IMG/VR virus record: IMGVR_UViG_3300045988_137693
Reading direction: 5' to 3' (one strand)
DNA length: 56,335 nt
Source of the DNA: a virus
The translations under genes were made by a program, and so were the position numbers. Below the pieces are notes generated by a model. The model worked only from the letters and a program-made list of their open reading frames with translations. It did no database searches and was not told where the DNA came from. Position 1 is the first letter of the stretch; every line of letters starts with the position of its first letter. This document shows, in pieces, positions 53,883-56,335 of this stretch.

Positions 53883-54084
53883 GCGGTGCGACGCCAAATA
53901 TAGACAGCCACATATGGCTGCAAATTGTTATGCGGCATGTTTCCACCAGCCGATTTAGTTTGAGCAATATTGACGAACGAATCATCACGTCGACCGGCTT
54001 TTACTTTACCAGCGTATGGCGAATTAGTTCCATCAGCTACTGATATATCATGAGTGTGGGATGCCAACTCATCCACTGTAAGCG
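53653..54084. mobile_element. Putative invertible segment A (432 bp) carrying two convergent alternative C-terminal modules
   Basis: Bracketed by the perfect 31-bp inverted repeat. The two stop codons overlap within the palindrome ACCGCTTAAGCGGT (53874-53887). Confidence 0.7.
53879..54084 (-). CDS. Promoterless alternative C-terminal module (68 aa) for tail-tip protein 1
   Basis: Read from the right repeat: (VGKTGGEKTH)TLTVDELASHTHD...GGNMPHNNLQPYVAVYIWRRTA*. No RBS or start of its own. Confidence 0.7.
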
Positions 54085-54115
54085 TATGCGTCTTCTCTCC
54101 GCCGGTTTTGCCGAC
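54085..54115. repeat. Inverted repeat A, right copy
   Basis: tatgcgtcttctctccgccggttttgccgac. Confidence 0.95.
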
Positions 54116-54140
54116 TCCTCACGGAAAGGCAAGACCTATA

Positions 54141-54710
54141 ATGGTTGCATATTTGGATCAGGCAGGTGTACAGCACCTCATTGCTAAGATTCGCGATACG
54201 TTTTGGCCGGTCGGCACGATTCTGGCGACGACCACCAACACATCACCGGCGTCCTATCTCGGAGGCTCCTGGGAGGCGTATGCTCCCGGAAGGACGCTGG
54301 TGGGTGTAGATGCTTCTCATCCGCTTAACAGTACTGGTGGAAGCGAGACACATGAACATGGTCCAGGAACATTTGGTGCACAGGTCTCGCTTGACGGACA
54401 GAACACCGTCGTGCGACGTGTCCGTCTTTCCTCGTTCAAGGGTGATGTGCGCAAGAGCGGTGCCATCAATGGCGGTTCGTTCGACGCAACCTGGGGAGCT
54501 GCCATCGCCGGACATTCCGACATATGGATTCATGAGCGGAAGGTTTCCATAAACCTTCGTTCCATTACCAGTCTTTTTACTATTCCAGTTCACACCGCCT
54601 CTAGTTTCCAATTCAAATCCAAACGCGATACTAACAGGAATATGTGCATTGTCGTCTTTCCATACGACGTGTATTCCAGCATGATCGTTGAAGTTCGTTC
54701 CAGCCGCTAA
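54141..54710 (+). CDS. Tail-tip protein 2 (paralog of protein 1), current orientation of cassette B; atypical C-terminus, possibly degenerate
   Basis: MVAYLDQAGVQHL..PVGTIL..YLGGSWEAYAPGRTLVG, then VDASHPLNSTGGSETHEH.... It lacks the QPY..WRRTA end, and the last ~65-80 aa are antisense to the - strand module. Confidence 0.5.
   Translation: MVAYLDQAGVQHLIAKIRDTFWPVGTILATTTNTSPASYLGGSWEAYAPGRTLVGVDASHPLNSTGGSETHEHGPGTFGAQVSLDGQNTVVRRVRLSSFKGDVRKSGAINGGSFDATWGAAIAGHSDIWIHERKVSINLRSITSLFTIPVHTASSFQFKSKRDTNRNMCIVVFPYDVYSSMIVEVRSSR
54255..54306. repeat. Inverted repeat B, left copy (52 bp, in frame, encodes YLGGSWEAYAPGRTLVG)
   Basis: tatctcggaggctcctgggaggcgtatgctcccggaaggacgctggtgggtg; exact reverse complement at 54788-54839. 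Confidence 0.95.
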
Positions 54711-54787
54711 ATCAGTCGAACGGCCGACATCAACGGTTTTCGCACCACCCTGCTTGTTGAGAGTGAAGTCGGTATCCGTTGTGGACG
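54307..54787. mobile_element. Putative invertible segment B (481 bp)
   Basis: Bracketed by the perfect 52-bp inverted repeat, with family-like coding on both strands reading inward. Confidence 0.6.
54471..54787 (-). CDS. Promoterless alternative module for tail-tip protein 2 (no stop codon at the expected terminus)
   Basis: Read from the right repeat: (GRTLVG)ASTTDTDFTLNKQGGAKTVDV...GNLPLMNPYVGM..VERTA. Compare ASDTDTDFTVGKTGGEKT and GNMPHNNLQPYVAV in cassette A. Confidence 0.5.
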
Positions 54788-54839
54788 CACCCACCAGCGT
54801 CCTTCCGGGAGCATACGCCTCCCAGGAGCCTCCGAGATA
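54788..54839. repeat. Inverted repeat B, right copy
   Basis: cacccaccagcgtccttccgggagcatacgcctcccaggagcctccgagata. Confidence 0.95.
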
Positions 54840-54861
54840 TTATATAGAAAGGATCATATCA

Positions 54862-55188
54862 ATGGATTGGATCGAAATGTTGATTACAATCGCTGGATCG
54901 GTATTCACATCCAGTGGATTGTGGACGTTGATCCAGTATAGAGTAAAACAAAAAGATACCGGAATTCTTATGACTCGTGGTATGGCACATTACCGAATCA
55001 TAGAGGAGGGTCAGAAATTCATCGATCGCGGGTGGATCACCCATGAGGAATATGACGACTTCATGAAGTATCTTGGCGACCCTTATCTGGAGTCCGGATC
55101 AAATGGTCTGGCGAAGAAAATGATCGACGACATATCCGACCTTCCGTTCAAATCGGTTTCGTCGATTCGTAGTACTATGGATCATTAA
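54862..55188 (+). CDS. Membrane protein with an N-terminal TM segment; possible holin or lysis accessory
   Basis: gaaagga RBS then ATG 54862: MDWIEMLITIAGSVFTSSGLWTLIQY... Confidence 0.5.
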   Translation: MDWIEMLITIAGSVFTSSGLWTLIQYRVKQKDTGILMTRGMAHYRIIEEGQKFIDRGWITHEEYDDFMKYLGDPYLESGSNGLAKKMIDDISDLPFKSVSSIRSTMDH

Positions 55189-55230
55189 GACGTCGCGTGA
55201 CATACATGGCTCTCAATGAAAGGAGCCATT

Positions 55231-55530
55231 ATGAACAACGACAAGATCTCTAATGGACACTATGAAGCACAACTCAAGAACGGATACTTAAGGATCAAGG
55301 GTGTAACACATCTTGGATGCTTAGCACTTACCGGTACCGTATATGACGGTGATATTCGTATACCATGCGAAGTCATCGAAAAAGACGGACTGGTAAGATG
55401 TGTAAGTTTCAAGCTGAAATATATGCCTTGGTTTGCTGGTAGAAGTTTTGTTAAGGGTTTGAAATTCATCATGTTCCCAAAAAGGATCTGTAAATCGAAA
55501 GCCATCATAGAGGCAATCATTTCAGAATAA
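55231..55530 (+). CDS. Hypothetical protein (99 aa)
   Basis: aaaggag RBS then ATG 55231. Confidence 0.55.
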   Translation: MNNDKISNGHYEAQLKNGYLRIKGVTHLGCLALTGTVYDGDIRIPCEVIEKDGLVRCVSFKLKYMPWFAGRSFVKGLKFIMFPKRICKSKAIIEAIISE

Positions 55531-55574
55531 AGCATAAGAGCCTATGCACCACGCATGGGCTCTTATGCTTTTCT
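55531..55574 (+). terminator. Intrinsic terminator (12-bp stem)
   Basis: Stem agcataagagcc/ggctcttatgct, then tttt. Confidence 0.75.
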
Positions 55575-55606
55575 CACGTAAATCATAGAAGAAAGGATCA
55601 TATATC

Positions 55607-55903
55607 ATGGCCGAACACGCCGATCAGAAAACGTCATTTCTCACCGATGCAGGTTATGACGGCCTCATCAAGGCTGCACGTCGATGGCTGCCAGCGCTCA
55701 GTGTCTTGCTGATCGTGATCGCCGGTGTCTGCACGCAGCTCGGTCACGTCCCCGGCATGGAGGCCGCCACGGCCGGTCTGGCCACGGTTTCCGGTATCTG
55801 TATGGCACTGAGCTGGGGTATCAACGAGCTGCTCAAGCGTGCCAAGGATCAGTGGAACACGTCGACTGATTCAGACAACACCACTGAGAGTACTGCCGAA
55901 TGA
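55607..55903 (+). CDS. Probable holin (two TM segments)
   Basis: WLPALSVLLIVIAGVCTQLG and LATVSGICMALSWGINELL, with a charged C-terminus. Confidence 0.55.
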   Translation: MAEHADQKTSFLTDAGYDGLIKAARRWLPALSVLLIVIAGVCTQLGHVPGMEAATAGLATVSGICMALSWGINELLKRAKDQWNTSTDSDNTTESTAE

Positions 55904-55909
55904 TATCGT

Positions 55910-55946
55910 ATAAGAGCCTATGCCACGCGCATGGGCTCTTATATTT
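55910..55946 (+). terminator. Intrinsic terminator, near-duplicate of the one at 55531
   Basis: Stem ataagagcc/gggctcttat, then atatttt. Confidence 0.7.
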
Positions 55947-55954
55947 TGTCTCGA

Positions 55955-55984
55955 CGCGAATCGTACATGGCCTTTAATGACAAG
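55955..55984 (+). promoter_or_regulatory. Conserved promoter-like box, copy 9
   Basis: cgcgaatcgtacatggCCTTTAATGAcaag. Confidence 0.55.
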
Positions 55985-56008
55985 AGAATCTATCATAAAG
56001 GAGCAATC

Positions 56009-56218
56009 ATGAACGATACATTTACTTATGTCAGCCAACAGCACAGCCAGCACACTTGCCTGGAGCTTGTTCGGTGGATCAAGAACCACTGCGATCCGGA
56101 AACGGAGAGCGGTATTCTTACGACCAAGACGAAGAAGCTTCGGGTGATTATGGTCACTACCAACCTGGAAGACATGAGCGCATTCGCAGATTATCTAAAG
56201 ACCATCACTCTCGTCTGA
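56009..56218 (+). CDS. Hypothetical early protein (69 aa)
   Basis: aaaggag RBS then ATG 56009. Confidence 0.6.
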   Translation: MNDTFTYVSQQHSQHTCLELVRWIKNHCDPETESGILTTKTKKLRVIMVTTNLEDMSAFADYLKTITLV

Positions 56219-56225
56219 AAAAGGT

Positions 56226-56262
56226 GAGCCGCACATGCGGCTTGCTCTTTATTTTTTTTTTT
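56226..56262 (+). terminator. Intrinsic terminator (CCGCACATGCGG core) with an 11-T run
   Basis: gagccgcacatgcggcttgctctttattttttttttt. Confidence 0.75.
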
Positions 56263-56335
56263 CGCGCATGACACATGTCCTTTATTGAAGAAATTCAACA
56301 ATATCAAAGGAGTAATCATGCTTATCATCGACAAG

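Noticed and set aside
54054-54140. Upstream extension of tracked ORF 54054..54710, and likewise of 54688..55188
   Set aside because: The extensions run through inverted repeat A (right copy) and inverted repeat B (right copy) in frames unrelated to the family. Family-conserved N-termini (MVAYLD...) or RBS-associated ATGs at 54141 and 54862 were used instead.
1-56335. Search for a lysogeny module (integrase, CI/Cro pair, attP), tRNAs, a reverse transcriptase/DGR and a CRISPR-Cas or toxin-antitoxin pair
   Set aside because: None was recognisable by eye. I found no integrase-like ORF, no RT motifs (YxDD) with a template/variable repeat pair near the fibre genes, and no tRNA-like cloverleaf with a GTTCGAATC-type T-loop. 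A profile search could still reveal diverged members.

Overview
The window is a complete, circularly closed genome of a tailed dsDNA phage, about 56,250 bp unique, because bases 1-85 repeat exactly at 56251-56335. It has a siphovirus-type morphogenesis module. The host is probably Gram-positive, judged from AAAGGAG-type ribosome binding sites, intrinsic terminators and a GH25+LysM lysin. I saw no integrase, tRNA, rRNA, CRISPR array or reverse transcriptase. Every well-supported gene is on the + strand. The only - strand coding sits inside two putative invertible tail-tip cassettes. Layout: (1) 1-10,000 and 14,100-19,700 hold many small early genes, often membrane peptides, many separated by a conserved stem-loop terminator followed by a conserved 30-nt promoter-like box. 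(2) Replication and recombination genes include a 1366-aa SF3 NTPase/AEP primase/family-B polymerase fusion (10054-14154), an SSB-like protein, a BRO-N protein, an SF2 helicase, CxxC paralogs flanking an iteron/AT-rich origin-like region (22683-23052), and VRR-NUC and RecB-like nucleases. (3) A 933-aa protein (24963-27764) carries an RdRP/YonO-like catalytic signature (RYPHAGR...SGADFDGDT) flanked by HTH motifs, so it is a candidate phage single-subunit two-barrel RNA polymerase. (4) A repeat-dense cos/pac-like region (28077-28740) is followed by terS, dCTP deaminase, HNH, terL and portal. Then come a protease-scaffold-capsid fusion with a CCCAAAA -1 slip site leading into an Ig-like ORF, neck genes and the major tail protein. 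An endolysin is embedded in the tail module, followed by a 2562-aa tape measure, Dit, Tal and fibres. (5) At 53430-54839, two tandem tail-tip genes each contain perfect in-frame inverted repeats (31 bp and 52 bp). These bracket promoterless, oppositely oriented alternative C-terminal modules, and no recombinase gene is visible anywhere in the genome. This orphan double inverton, the RNA-polymerase candidate and the conserved promoter/terminator cassettes are the main leads. All functional calls come from motif recognition by eye; no database search was run.
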